In this document: piece after piece, positions 1-11,947 of the stretch
How the letters are laid out: each line of letters begins with the position of its first letter
How positions within the stretch are numbered: position 1 is the first letter of the stretch
Source of the DNA: Felis catus
Taxonomy: Eukaryota
Assembly: GCF_018350175.1 (NCBI RefSeq)
Contig: NC_058383.1
Span: forward strand, 28,584,001 to 28,648,000
Direction of reading: 5' to 3'
DNA length: 64,000 bases
The notes under the pieces: generated by a model
Databases searched by the model: none
The model's input: the letters and a program-made list of their open reading frames with translations, nothing else
Told to the model about the DNA's origin: nothing
Translations under genes and position numbers: made by a program

Positions 1-158
1 GCTGAAGGTTTGGCAGAACAAGACTTTTGGGGAGTACCAGCATAAGCTATGTAAAAAATGTAAAATCCACATTTCACAATGACGAATCTCTTTAGCCCTA
101 CCTAATTTTGTGAGACTTTTTGGCTTGTCAGTTGGCTAGCCTTTTAAAAATAGTTTCA

Positions 159-389
159 GGGGGCGCCTGGGTGGCGCATTCGGTTAAGCATCCCACTTCA
201 GCCAGGTCACGATCTCGCGGTCCGGGAGTTCGAGCCCCGCGTCAGGCTCTGGGCTGATGGCTCGAAGCCTGGAGCCTGTTTCCGATTCTGTGTCTCCCTC
301 TCTCTCTGCCCCTCCCCCGTTCATGCTCTGTCTCTCTCTGTCCCCAAAATAAGTAAACTTTGAAAAAAAACAAAAAAAAACAAAAAAAA
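159..389 (+). mobile_element. Can-SINE (SINEC_Fc type), young
   Basis: GGGGCGCCTGGGTGG tRNA-like head, CT-rich body, A tail, TSD aaaaatagtttca. Confidence 0.92.
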
Positions 390-1397
390 TAGTTTCAAGT
401 AGTTGAAGGAAATCTCTCTAAATGCATATTTACCTGTGAAATTCATTGTGGTCAACATTTCTGACTTGGATAAATCTGAAAACAGATTTAGCTGTTAGTA
501 TAAGAGACCAGGAAATGTGAACCTAGATTTGGGTGGGTTGCTGAGTTCTGGGCATCCCTGAGTCGCAGGTGTCTAATCCCACGACCTGTGAACAGCACTG
601 CAAATCGTTGCCACTATATGCACATTTCCTTCTCTTTGATCCTAAATACTTCTTCCCTTTCTCTCCCTCTATAGGAAGAAGGGTGAGGATAACCAGGGAA
701 GGAGAAATACTGGTAGCAACGCTGCTTGCCACCTTCTCCTGCCTTTCCCCTCATCCCTGGCCCGTGCAGGCCCCCTGGGCCTGTGCTGTTTCTCCTTCCT
801 CCTGTGTCGTTAGCCTGCCAGTGTCTTAGAAAGGTTTTTGTCTGCTTATACGTTTATAATGAAAACTTTTTCTCAATTACATGGGCGTTCAAGAAAAATT
901 TCTTTCTTACTCTTATATCAGCTAGTTTTACATTGCTGCTTTCTTTGATTTTCTGGGTAATGTTTTCAGCTTCCACATGGGTTAGCTCGGCTCTTCTGGG
1001 CTACCTGCTTGCTGACCATCTATAACTTTGTGAGAAAGTATGCTCCGCAGGACCAAGATGCAAATGAGTCGTTGAAATACAACGAGTTTATAAGGTGGAA
1101 ACTTGCTGTGGAATTTCACTTCTGCTTTAAGTTAACACTATGCTGAACTATGCTTTGACTACTGGACTTCGAGAAATAGGGGGAAAACATCTGCCAGCCC
1201 ATAAAGAAGTTGGGCTGGCCCATTGATTATTATACAGAACCTGAATATAGATGCTGAGAAGTAAAGAGGCCCTTTGGTCTCATCTGCGTCGTCATGGGTG
1301 AGCTCAGGAGAGCGAGTGCAAGGTTAGTTACCTTTGTTTCAGAGGTAAGATCCCACTTTATATCTTAGGAATGCTCTCTTTTTCTCCCCATGTCTAG

Positions 1398-1618
1398 ATC
1401 CTTGGCTTCTGCGTTCTAAAAGTCCTGTGGGTAACCCCCAGCTGATCCAGTTTAGCAGGGAAGTGATTGACCTGCTAAAGAGCCAGCCGTCCTGTGTCAT
1501 CCCAATTAGTAATTTCATCCCGTCCTACCACCATCATTTTGCAAAGCAGTGCCGGGTATCAGACTATGGATATTCCAAGCTGATAGAATTACTGGAAGCT
1601 GTGCCTCATGTGTTGCAG
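1398..1618 (+). CDS. MARF1: MARF1 internal coding exon (LOTUS/OST-HTH repeat; [30 protein letters not shown]...VPHVLQ)
   Basis: ctag| acceptor at 1396-1397 and CAG|gtaagg donor; translation recognised as MARF1; frame continues into the next exon. Confidence 0.95.
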
Positions 1619-2335
1619 GTAAGGAAAGTTCAGGAATTATTATTATTTTAAAGACGAGAATGTTCCTCTGTGGCTTTGGCTACCTCAGCCGAAGAAATGG
1701 GTTAGCTGGTAACCTCATCCAAGATGGCTTCTTGGTTTTTGCAGAAAGCTGTGAGTTTCAACTTAAAGAACGAACTCCTTAGAGCACTGTCAAGTGTTTT
1801 TCTTCTAATCTGTGTAGACTGACCTCCCTTCTCATAACCCAGAGCTCTCCAGGGTTGTTCACTCTTACAGAGGAGCTGCCGAGAACACGGGCTTACCTCT
1901 CGTAAATGAGTGAAAGACGAGCTCCTGGGCTGGAGCCTCATGCTGGTTCCTAAGGAATCTTTCTTTACCTGTTAACCTAGACTGTTATATAGCTTCCTAC
2001 CTGTAAAACAGCTTCCCACTTGTAAAATGGCTTGGAATACCTTAGCTGTCTTTTGTAGACAAAATTAGTTGCTTTTTGTGTCTGTATTCACAACTATTTG
2101 AGGAGGTGTATGAAGGGCAAACAAAAAGGGGGTGGGGGGTCCCAGGCACTTGAGCAGATGTTCATTTTGAACATCTACATTCTGTTGATCTTCATGTGTT
2201 TGAAAATGCAGATATCACACATAAAGGGGCTTATTGCCTGAGAGCGGTAACAGGAGAGAGAAAATGCCATCAACCAGAAAGTCAGTATGTGCCAAGGTCT
2301 TACGAGTATAAATAATCAAAGTGTTTGATTTACAG

Positions 2336-2478
2336 ATCCTCGGAATGGGCTCCAAAAGGTTGTTGACCCTTACCCACAGGGCCCAGGTGAAGCGCTTTAC
2401 TCAGGATTTACTAAAACTTCTCAAATCCCAAGCCAGCAAACAGGTCATTGTGAGGGAGTTCTCACAGGCTTACCATTG
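2336..2478 (+). CDS. MARF1: MARF1 coding exon ([47 protein letters not shown])
   Basis: tacag| acceptor and TG|gtgagt donor; open frame matching MARF1; missing from the ORF track. Confidence 0.95.
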
Positions 2479-2656
2479 GTGAGTTGATGAGAAGGGGGGG
2501 GGAAATGAAAGCAAATATTTTAAGACACTTTTTCTTCCCACAAATCTAAAATAATTACCTAACGTTTTCTATTTAACATTCTTTTGGAAAACTTACAAAG
2601 TTTATTTAGCAAGTGATATGTCTCATTCTTTACCCATTTCCATGGTTACATTCTAG

Positions 2657-2790
2657 GTGTTTCTCAAAAGACTGGGATGTCACTGAATATGGTGTTTGTG
2701 AATTGATTGATATCGTATCAGAGATTCCAGACACAACCATCTGCTTGTCCCAACAAGATAGTGAAACGGTGATTTGTATCCCCAAAAGAG
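2657..2790 (+). CDS. MARF1: MARF1 coding exon (WCFSKDWDVTEYGVCELIDIVSEIPDTTICLSQQDSETVICIPKR)
   Basis: ctag| acceptor and G|gtatgt donor; phases fit both neighbours. Confidence 0.95.
2670..2735 (+). ncRNA. MIR6506: Exonic hairpin homologous to human pre-miR-6506
   Basis: ACTGGGATGTCACTGAATATGGT (2671-2693) and TCGTATCAGAGATTCCAGACAC (2713-2734) match my recollection of hsa-miR-6506-5p/3p; arms can pair (CTGGGAT/ATTCCAG, CTGA/TCAG, TATGG/TCGTA). Processing in cat is unknown. Confidence 0.5.
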
Positions 2791-3416
2791 GTATGTTGAC
2801 CTTAATGTGCTGGAAGACAGTCGCGTATCTCAGTGGTTATCTTAACACGGTCTCACATATCCTTTTCCCTGCCCCCATGGTTCCTGCAGATTCCATGGAA
2901 GGAGCAGTGTGAAAACTACTATGTGCTGTGCAGTGGATCCTAGGTTCTTCAGAGCAGGAAGCCACTCACCAATAAGAAAAGCTGGTTTTTTAGAATTAAG
3001 AATTTAGAATTTTCCCTCTAGGGGGAAGAGGGGCATAACCAGCACTTTGCCAAAATGCCTTCTTCAGCCTGTCTGTGGCTGTTGACACCATAATTATCCA
3101 TCTGAGAGTCGGTTTCCATGGCTCTTGCTTGACTCTTATCTTTAACTGAGCTACCTTACCATGCACTCTGGAGAAGGAAAGAAGGCTCAAGCAAATGTTT
3201 TGCTTTATCTTTCATATTTTGGCCACTCTGGTTGAGGTCTGGGAGCTAGGGTAGGTGAAATTACATCTATCTACTGTCCTCTTCTCCCACTGTTATTAAT
3301 CGGTGATTCTTAACCTGTGTTCCTGCAGAACACTGATATTCATGAAATTATGGCACTCTAGAGTTTTTTGGAGTGAGTAATGTCGGTCTTCTGATTCTCA
3401 TTTAAAAATCAATAGA

Positions 3417-3572
3417 GGGGCACCAGGCTGGCTCATTTGGAAGAGCATGTGACTCTTCATCTGGGGTTATGAGTTCAAGTGCCACATTGGGTGTAGAGGT
3501 TACTTAAAATTTTTTTTTTTACATCTTTTTATTTTTTATTTTTTCAGAGCTTGTGAGCAGGGCAGAGGGGCC

Positions 3573-3624
<52 letters not shown>

Positions 3625-3999
3625 GAAAGAGAGAGAGAAAGAGACTCTTAAGCACGTTCTGTGCTTAGTGTGGAGGTTCAGATCCCACAACCCTGGGAAC
3701 CTGAGCTGAAATCAGGAGTCGGGTGCTCAACTGACTGAGCCACCCAGGTACCCCCCCAAAAAAAAAAACTTTTAAAAAATTTCTTTTTGTTTTTTAAACG
3801 TTTATTTATTTTTGAGAGAAAGAGACACAAGCAGAGGACAAGCAGAGGAGGGGCAGGGAGAGAGGGAGACAGAATCCGTGAAGCAGACTCCAGGCTCTGA
3901 GTTGTCAGCACAGAGCCCAACGCAGAACTCGACCTCACAAACCGTGGGATCATAACCTGAGCTGAAGTTGGGCGATTAATTGAGCCACCCAAGCGCCCT
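3417..3999. mobile_element. Cluster of three Can-SINEs (+ short copy 3417-3509; - 3510-3756 with a long GA tract; - 3780-3999)
   Basis: Diagnostic heads and tails in the stated orientations. Confidence 0.85.
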
Positions 4000-4574
4000 A
4001 AAAACTTAAAAAAAAAAATTACATACATAAAAATTAATTGAAATAAAAAGTGAAATGTAAGCTTTTATTGCCCTGTGTTTTTGTTAAACTTTTGTTGCCT
4101 GATACTCTTTCTGCTAACAATTTTAACTGAAGGTCAGAAGAATAAACAAAGCATGTGGCTATTCAGAAGTGCGAGTTTACAGAAATAATTTCTAGGTTAT
4201 TTTTACAAGTACAGAGACCTGTCATGTACATGCTCGTACGTGTCAGGCTCCTATATATGGGATAGGGGTGGGGGACAGGGAGCTAGATAAAGTATGTCCA
4301 GCTTGCAAGGTGAAATTACATGGATATGTATGTATATTTCACTGTGTACCATAATAGTTTCCTGGCCTCCTGGTATTGTGTCCTTGAATGAGTTTGAAAA
4401 CCATTCTGCAGAGAGAGCATATGAATGTGTTTGTCTTAGGCTGTGTGCATTTGGAAGGCAAAGATGATACCTCTTGTAATCTGTACATAGGACTAACTAT
4501 ACCACTAATGTTCAACACAAATCAATGGAAGACTGTGATGACCGATCAATTTTTTTTTTTTTTTTTTTTTAAAG

Positions 4575-4777
4575 AGCGTACCCAGGATGAAATAGAAAGG
4601 ACAAAGCAGTTCTCCAAGGACGTTGTTGATTTGCTGCGGCACCAACCCCATTTCCGGATGCCCTTTAACAAATTTATCCCCTCTTACCATCACCACTTTG
4701 GCCGGCAGTGTAAACTTGCATACTATGGGTTTACCAAACTACTTGAACTTTTTGAAGCCATACCTGATATTTTACAA
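4575..4777 (+). CDS. MARF1: MARF1 coding exon ([24 protein letters not shown]...[13 protein letters not shown] repeat)
   Basis: T21-aaag| acceptor and CAA|gtgagt donor; phase 1 start completes GAG (E). Confidence 0.95.
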
Positions 4778-5204
4778 GTGAGTAGAGATTCCAATGATAT
4801 TTTTCTAAACAATATATGGGAGAATTTTTTTTTTTTTCTCTCAGGCCTCTTTTCCTGGGAAGTAAGTAGTTAGGAAATAGGAAAACTTGAAATATTTTGA
4901 TCAGAGAAGCTATGTTTTTGGCTCATTAGTATTTTAAGGTAAGTGTGGGGTTTTTTTTTCCCCTTCAATGAAGAAAGAAACCATCTTCAAATTTATTTTA
5001 GAGTAATTATTGTCAAAAGATGAAATAGTTTGATTCTTTTTAATAGTTTGATTTCTTAAATGGAATGTTTTTCCATTAGTGCCATATTTTTCAAATCTCT
5101 TAGGTTGATGCTGGGGATGAGTACGCGAGGCGATATGAATGCTTAGCTGTTAAGCCATTGCTAAGTTAAACCAGATTTTTGTTGTTAATTTCATTAGCAT
5201 TTGT

Positions 5205-5922
5205 GTTTTTTAAAATTTATTTATCTTTGAGAGAGAGCGATACCAGAGTGCGAGCAGGGGAAGGGCAGAGAGAGAGGAAGGGACAGAATCCGAAGCAGGC
5301 TCCAGGCTCTGAGCTGTCAGCGTAGAGCCCGATGCAGGGCTCAAACTCAAAAACCAAGAGATTATGACCTGAGCTGAAGTCAGATGCTTAACGGACTGAG
5401 CCACCCAGGCACCTAAAGTGCTTTTAAAATTCTTGGGGCGCCTGGGTGGCTCATTCGGTTAAGCGTCTGACTTCAGCTCAGGCCCTGATCTCACAGTCTG
5501 AGTTTGAGGCCTACATCAGGTTCTGTGCTGACAGCTTAGAGCCTGGAGACTGCGCCGGTTTCTGTTCTCCCTCTCTGCCTACCCCTCCCCTGCTCATGCT
5601 CTGTCTCTCTTGCTCTCAAAAATAAATAAACATAAAAAAAATTTTTTAAAAAATTCCTCTTGTGTGTGGTCAAAGACACATTACTTTGTTAACCCTTTTT
5701 TTAAAAAAATTTTTTTTTTCAACGTTTATTTATTTTTGGGACAGAGAGAGACAGAGCATGAACAGGGGAGGGGTAGAGAGAGAGGGAGACACAGAATCGG
5801 AAACAGGCTCCAGGCTCTGAGCCATCAGCCCAGAGCCTGACACGGGGCTTGAACTCCTGGACCGCGAGATCGTGACCTGGCTGAAGTCGGACGCTTAACC
5901 GACTGCGCCACCCAGGCGCCCC
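5205..5922. mobile_element. Three Can-SINEs in alternating orientation (- 5205-5414; + 5435-5641; - 5701-5922)
   Basis: Diagnostic sequence; the third copy has TSD tgttaacccttttt. Confidence 0.92.
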
Positions 5923-6145
5923 TGTTAACCCTTTTTAAGTGTGCAGTTAAGTGGTGGTAAATGTATCACATGCTGTGCAACCAATTTCCAGAACTTTTTC
6001 ATCTTGCAGAACTGACGCTCTATATCCATTAAAGAACACCAAAGTGCTTTTCAGTTACTAACCGAATACGTTTCCATGCCACTTAATTCTATGAACAGTC
6101 ATAACTTGTTCAATCTCGCCTTCTTCCTGCTGTGTGTTTTCCAAG

Positions 6146-6373
6146 GTATTGGAATGTGGAGAAGAAAAAATCCTCACTTTGACAGAGGTAGAACGATTCA
6201 AAGCTCTTGCTGCCCAGTTTGTCAAACTCCTTCGGTCCCAAAAAGATAACTGCCTTATGATGACAGATCTGCTTACGGAATACGCTAAAACTTTTGGTTA
6301 CACGTTTCGTCTCCAAGACTACGATGTCAGTTCAGTTTCAGCTTTAACACAGAAGCTCTGCCATGTTGTAAAG
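6146..6373 (+). CDS. MARF1: MARF1 coding exon ([18 protein letters not shown]...[13 protein letters not shown] repeat)
   Basis: ccaag| acceptor and AAG|gttagc donor; 228 nt, phase 0-0. Confidence 0.95.
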
Positions 6374-9300
6374 GTTAGCAGATTTTTATTTTCACGGCAA
6401 TGTGGCGTCATCTTCGCTGGGGTGTTTTCCTGTGCTTTCGCGTTTCTTTGTTCACACCTTGCAGTAGTTTCTGTTTCACAGTAAGTGCTTTCTTTGCTAT
6501 TAATACCTTATTAGGTGATAGGAGATTACCCTAATAGGGGCTCTGGTTTGGCAGCTACGATTTTTGGTCTTGCTTCTGTGTGTTTATTCAGGGCCTTGTC
6601 AAAGGAATGACTCTGAACTGATGAGGTGTCTTTTATCCGAGGATGTTTTTTTCCTCAGGTATATTCTTCTAAATGGATCATCGTTTCTGAAGTTTTGGGG
6701 AGGCTGTAATCCCAGATCTCTTTCCCCACAGATTCTGACTCACTCGAGTAGATTTAGGAGCAGGCTAGGCTCACAACAGCCCTTGTTGCTGGTAACTCGG
6801 GATTGGAGAGGGTAACTTCCTCTTCCTTCCTGCCCTGGACTGAACTAACCCTCCCTGTCCTAGACTGAGCAGCTGGGTGGTTTCAGGCTGCCCCCAGCCT
6901 GGGGCCAAGAAAACTCACTAAGAGGAGGCAGAGTGGAAGTGCCACCAAGGGGGGCAGCCCTGGTTACAGACGTGGAAAGGATGCATTCACGTCCTGTCCA
7001 GTTGAGGGGAGAACCTTCACAGGACCCAGAGTAGGGAGGACGCTAGGAGTGTGGCACTCCCAATCCAAGGAGGAGAAACGGCCAGCACTGTCACCTGCTG
7101 GGACGAGTGAGGCAGGGACTAATGTGACCTTCGGGCCTGGCTACATGGAGGAACTTGGTGTTGCTGGCCAGGCGGGGTCACCACCAGTGAGTGGGGACCA
7201 GAGGCATACTGAGCAGGTCAAGGCATGAGGAGGAGTAGGAGGCAAGAAAATGGCGACAGGTAATACAGGCTTTCGGCTTGTCTCCTTGTGAAGGAGCAGC
7301 GGGAGTGTACAGTGGCGGCAAGGCCACGGGACCGAGTGAGCCCATGAGCTTTCTGTGGCTGCTTTGCTCCCAGGTGGAGAGACCCGAGCATGGTTGAGAG
7401 CCGCCAGGAAGGATGTGCTCGAGGGACAGAAGAGAAATACACAGACAAGAGGTGGTGGGGTGGGGTTTCCGAGGAGGCAGGCATGGGAATCGGCATTCAG
7501 CAGACGGCAGGGCACAGCCCTGATATTAGTGCTTCGACCAGAGGGAGGGAGTAGCGGGCGGATGTAGACACAGGGAAGTTTGCTGTTCCTCTCTGGAAAG
7601 AGGAGGGGGTTACCCAACACGAGCTATTTTTCTGTGAAGTGAAGGTGAGAGCAACTGCATAGAGAGAGGATGAAAGGCACAGGATTCAAGATTGAGGCCC
7701 CTCATGGTACGGTGCGGTGTGGGGGGCCCGCCAGGACATGAGGCAGGGGTGCGGGGAGTAGGGGAGCCCCGCAGGAGGGAGGCGGTGCCCATAGCGCTAC
7801 CCTGGGTTTGCTGCCGGCTCGGAAAGCAGACCGTCGGGCTCGAGGTGGGAGTTTGCCAGATGGTGCAAAGAAAAGGCACCAAAGGAACAAACTAGTTTAC
7901 AGAGCATGACAAGAGTGGTAATGAATTCATGGCCTATCAGCGCCAAGGTGGACACGAGAGGAAAGTAAAGAAGGCAGAGGGTTTTAATTGGGAGGAGGTG
8001 CGAGTCTGTGCAGGTGAAGCTGGAGAAGGGGAAGAAGAGCCGATCATTCGAATGTCTTTTCCGTCTCCCACCCCAGCATCTGCCGCAGGCCTCCTTTGGT
8101 GCGCAGGGTGCACGGGAGGTTTGCATGAGCTACCTCGGCAGAGGGCGGTAGATGGCGAGATCCCACGTGCGACCTGGGAATGGGTGTCCACGGTGGAAGT
8201 CAGTGCAAGGGGATATCCCCAGAGATGAGGAAGTTGAGGAATTGAAAGGCCACAGGACGGGAGGGGCCCCCTGGATACTCAGTCACCCAGCATAAAGGCA
8301 GTGGAGTGCTTCAGTGGGTAGCAGGACTCAGCCATGACCAGAGACTCTGATAAGCAAGGGCGAGTGAGTGGGAAGTTTGGGCGTAAGCAGTCAAGATGGG
8401 GGAGGATTGGAGAGGCTCCGGGGCGCTGCCCTGGCTGCTGCTGCATCTCCGGGAAGCTTCTGGGGAATGCTGAGAAGCGGACCCCTCCACCCCGCCCCCC
8501 CCCCCCCCCCCGAGATCTGATGCAATTAGGCCCAGCGTGCTCTGAGCATTGGCATCTTTTATAAGCTCCCTAGAGGATTTGTTGTGTAGCATGGGTTCAG
8601 AATCAAGAGATGTATCTAAGTAGCCTCGAAAGAACAAGTTTTTATTTTTACTCCTTGAAAGGCCACAATAGTAGCAGTGGTCTAGGCTTTGAACAAGATG
8701 ACTCAGACTCCCCTAGACCTGACTCTGTTGATAGGGGAAATCTGTCACCATGGTAACTGGTGTGGGGGGTCTGGCCTCCATCCTCCTGCCTGGGCTCTGG
8801 GTGAGCGTCCGAACCAGCGTCACAGTGGGATGGTGACAGTTCCTCAGGTGCTGCTCTGCCTGTGAGCGCCCAAAGCACACAAGCCTGTGGTGACCCAGCC
8901 CACACCGGGGCACTGAGACCTGTGGTGTTGGCTGGAAAACCAGAGGGGAAAACACGTAACAGTGAACCTTGGCTTGCGCGCCAACACCTCAGCGGTGCAC
9001 GTGCCTGTGGGTCTCAGTTACCACACATCTGTTTCTTCACGTGCTCTTTGGTCCCCGAATGATAACCTCTGTCTTTTTCAGGAGCTTCCCCTTCCAGCGT
9101 GCTTCATCACTCAGACCCGTTATCTCCTTGAGAACCAGAAAGAATCGAGGGGTAGACATGTAGTCAGGAAAATACCCACTTACTGGCTAGTGATGATGGA
9201 CTAGAAGAAAATGTGGGTGTCCTTAAAATGTGGGTGTCCTGCCCCAGTCTAGCTCCTGGGACACAGTCCAAACCCCTCCCTTGCCTCTTCCCTGAGCGCA

Positions 9301-9578
9301 GCAACCTTCAGTTCAGGGGCTTGGGGAGTGGAAGGAGTGCCCTAAAAGAGGGCTGGTGTTGATGGAAGTTTCTGATTGTGGACCAGCAGAAAGGGAGAGA
9401 ACAGCTCCTGCCCCGGTGTCCCCTGAAATGTTGGTCTGGTGTCCCATAGCAGCTGGAAAAGAAGAAGTTAGAAAATCTCCCTCTGTTGGTCTCACTAGCC
9501 CAAGGACAGTAGCTGAGTGGGTGTGGCATGGCACCCCTCTCTCTAGCTGGGAAAACACGTGGACTCTTGTCCTCCCAG

Positions 9579-9809
9579 GTTGCTGACATGGCGTCAGGCA
9601 AACAGATTCAGCTGATCAACCGCAAGTCCCTGCGTGCTCTCACTGCCCAGCTGCTGGTGTTGCTGATGTCTTGGGAAGGAGCCGCCCACCTGTCTGTCGA
9701 TGAGCTCAAGAGGCGTTATGAAACTACCCACAGTGCTCCCCTCAACCCCTGTGAATATGGATTCATGACCTTGACCGAACTTCTGAAGAGTCTGCCCTAC
9801 TTAGTGGAG
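9579..9809 (+). CDS. MARF1: MARF1 coding exon ([19 protein letters not shown]...[15 protein letters not shown] repeat)
   Basis: cctcccag| acceptor and GAG|gtatga donor; 231 nt, phase 0-0. Confidence 0.95.
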
Positions 9810-10340
9810 GTATGAATATTGACAGTTCTGTGGAGCCGTCTTATGGGAACCGCTGAACCATATGTTTCTGGATCACTTGATGGTCTGGCTTAGAGGATGT
9901 AGAGCTGGAAGGGACCAGTCGGTCATCTCGTAGTTGAACAAACCGAGGCGTAGCAGGGGTGTGGGCACCTTGCCCAAACGAGTAACAAGCTAAGAGGGAA
10001 GCCTGGGCCTCCTGAGTCTCAGGCTGGGGTGCTTTGTTATATACTGGCTGCAGTTTGCTCCTGTTAGGTATGTCTGAATTAGATGGATTTTGTGGGGGCT
10101 CCGGGCGACTCATCAGTCAGGCGCAGGTCAGAGAGGAAGGCTGGTCACCCAGGTTGCTTTTAAGAATAGCACTTAAGGTTAGAAAAATCATAAGACAATA
10201 CTACAGAAATAGATAAAGCCCCCTCCACCCCACAAAATTATCAAAATTGACCCTAGATGTTAAAAACTCGACCAGTTACCACCAAAGGGGCTATAAGATC
10301 GTTGAAATTTACGCCAGCACCAGATAGGTTCACAGTTGGA

Positions 10341-10577
10341 TTTTTTTTTTTCTTTTTTTAAATTTTTTTTTTTTCCACGTTTATTTATTTTTGGGACAGA
10401 GAGAGACAGAGCATGAACGGGGGAGGGGCAGAGAGAGAGGGAGACACAGAATCAGAAACAGGCTCCAGGCTCTGAGCCATCAGCCTAGAGCCCGACGCGG
10501 GGCTCGAACTCACGGACCGCGAGATCGTGACCTGGCTGAAGTCGGACGCTTAACCGACTGCGCCACCCAGGCGCCCC
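10341..10577 (-). mobile_element. Young Can-SINE inserted in an old L1 relic
   Basis: Near-consensus CpG-retaining copy; TSD cacagttggattttt; flanks resemble degraded L1 ORF2. Confidence 0.92.
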
Positions 10578-10835
10578 CACAGTTGGATTTTTAACGGACT
10601 TTTAAAGCATAACTCCAACTTCCTAAAAACCATTCTAGGCCGTGTTGAAAGCACATAACTCACCACTTCATTTTATGAAGCCGAAGAAACTTTAATACCA
10701 AAATCTAAGAGTCCCCCAAAAAACAATGGTTCTAAATAGGATATTAACCAGTAAAATCCAGCAACATAGGAAGAGAGTGGTATACCGTTGTTACCAAATA
10801 ACTATGTGATTGATAACTAAATAATTAAAAGATAC

Positions 10836-11100
10836 TGACAAAAAGTCTCTCCTTGGCCAAACTTAGGCCAGGCTCCTGGGAGCCGCCTTATAGACTAGAC
10901 AATGACCTTGGATGTCTTAGTAATTTTCCATCCACCAACACCCCCTCCCTCCTTGCCTATAAATCCCCACTTTTCTCTCTTGTATTCAGAATCGAGCCCA
11001 ATTCTATACTGGGGTTCTTTCTTTTCCTTTGTTGTGGTAGTTCTTAAGTAAAAGGTATTTTTCCTCCTTTAACTACTGTGCAGTTCTGGTTTGTTCCCCA
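10836..11100 (+). mobile_element. Solo LTR relic (MER4-group, MER65/MER67-like)
   Basis: Starts TGACAAAAAGTCTCTCCTTGGCCAAACTTAGGCCAGGCTCC; has TATAAA; family name from memory. Confidence 0.55.
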
Positions 11101-11734
11101 GTGCCAAATCCAACATTTTCTAGAGTCTCTCAGTTCTCTGTTACATGACCACTGGTTCTAGGAGGTGTAAATAGATGATCCAATACAAAAGGCTTTCTGT
11201 GGCCAGTGAGGGTTGGGAAATACCCCTTCCCTTAGAGATTTTCAGTGTACATTAAGACTCTGGAAAGGTTTCTGGTAAAGGAATTTGTTTACTTGAGGAC
11301 AGAAGAGCTTTGGGGTTTCTTCCCTCAATGGCCTGCAAGAATACCACTGTCGTCATCCTGCAGCACAGTGTTCCTTGGAAGGCCACTTTGGGAGTGCGAG
11401 TTCCCTGGGCTCAGTCCTTGCCGTCTGATGCAGCTCCCTTCCCTCCTCACTGCCTCCTTGTTTGAGACCCCAGGTTGGCTAGTTTCCTTCCTTTCTGACA
11501 CACAGTTCCCTCAGACCTCTGCCGGCTTAGAGGCACAGATAGAACCAAGGTTTGCTCAAGGCGCTGCTTTCTCTCTGAGGAGATCCTTGGATGAACCCCT
11601 CCTCCTCCTCCCTGGCTTGTTGTCGCTTTTCAAGTTGACTTGGTGCCTTTTCATTCTCAGCTGGAGGCCCGGACCCCTGGGGGGCAAGGCCAATACTCTG
11701 GGAGTTTCTAATGCGTCTTTTTCTCTTGAGCCAG

Positions 11735-11947
11735 GTTTTTACTAATGACAAGACAGAGGAGTGTGTGAAGCTCACAAGCCTGTATTTGTTTGCCAAGAAC
11801 GTGCGGTCTCTACTCCATACTTACCACTACCAGCAGCTTTTTCTCCATGAGTTTTCCGTGGCCTATACCAAGTATGTCGGAGAAACACTGCAACCCAAGA
11901 CCTACGGCTACAGTAGTGTGGAGGAGCTCTTGGGAGCAATCCCTCAG
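11735..11947 (+). CDS. MARF1: MARF1 coding exon ([22 protein letters not shown]...[13 protein letters not shown] repeat)
   Basis: ccag| acceptor and CAG|gtgcgt donor; 213 nt, phase 0-0. Confidence 0.95.

Noticed and set aside
159..250. tRNA-like A/B-box sequences (here and at every SINE head)
   Set aside because: Can-SINE heads derived from tRNA, not functional tRNA genes.
7000..8300. Purine-rich stretch with many overlapping ORFs in a MARF1 intron
   Set aside because: Looks like a degraded L2-type relic; the ORFs have no recognisable domains.
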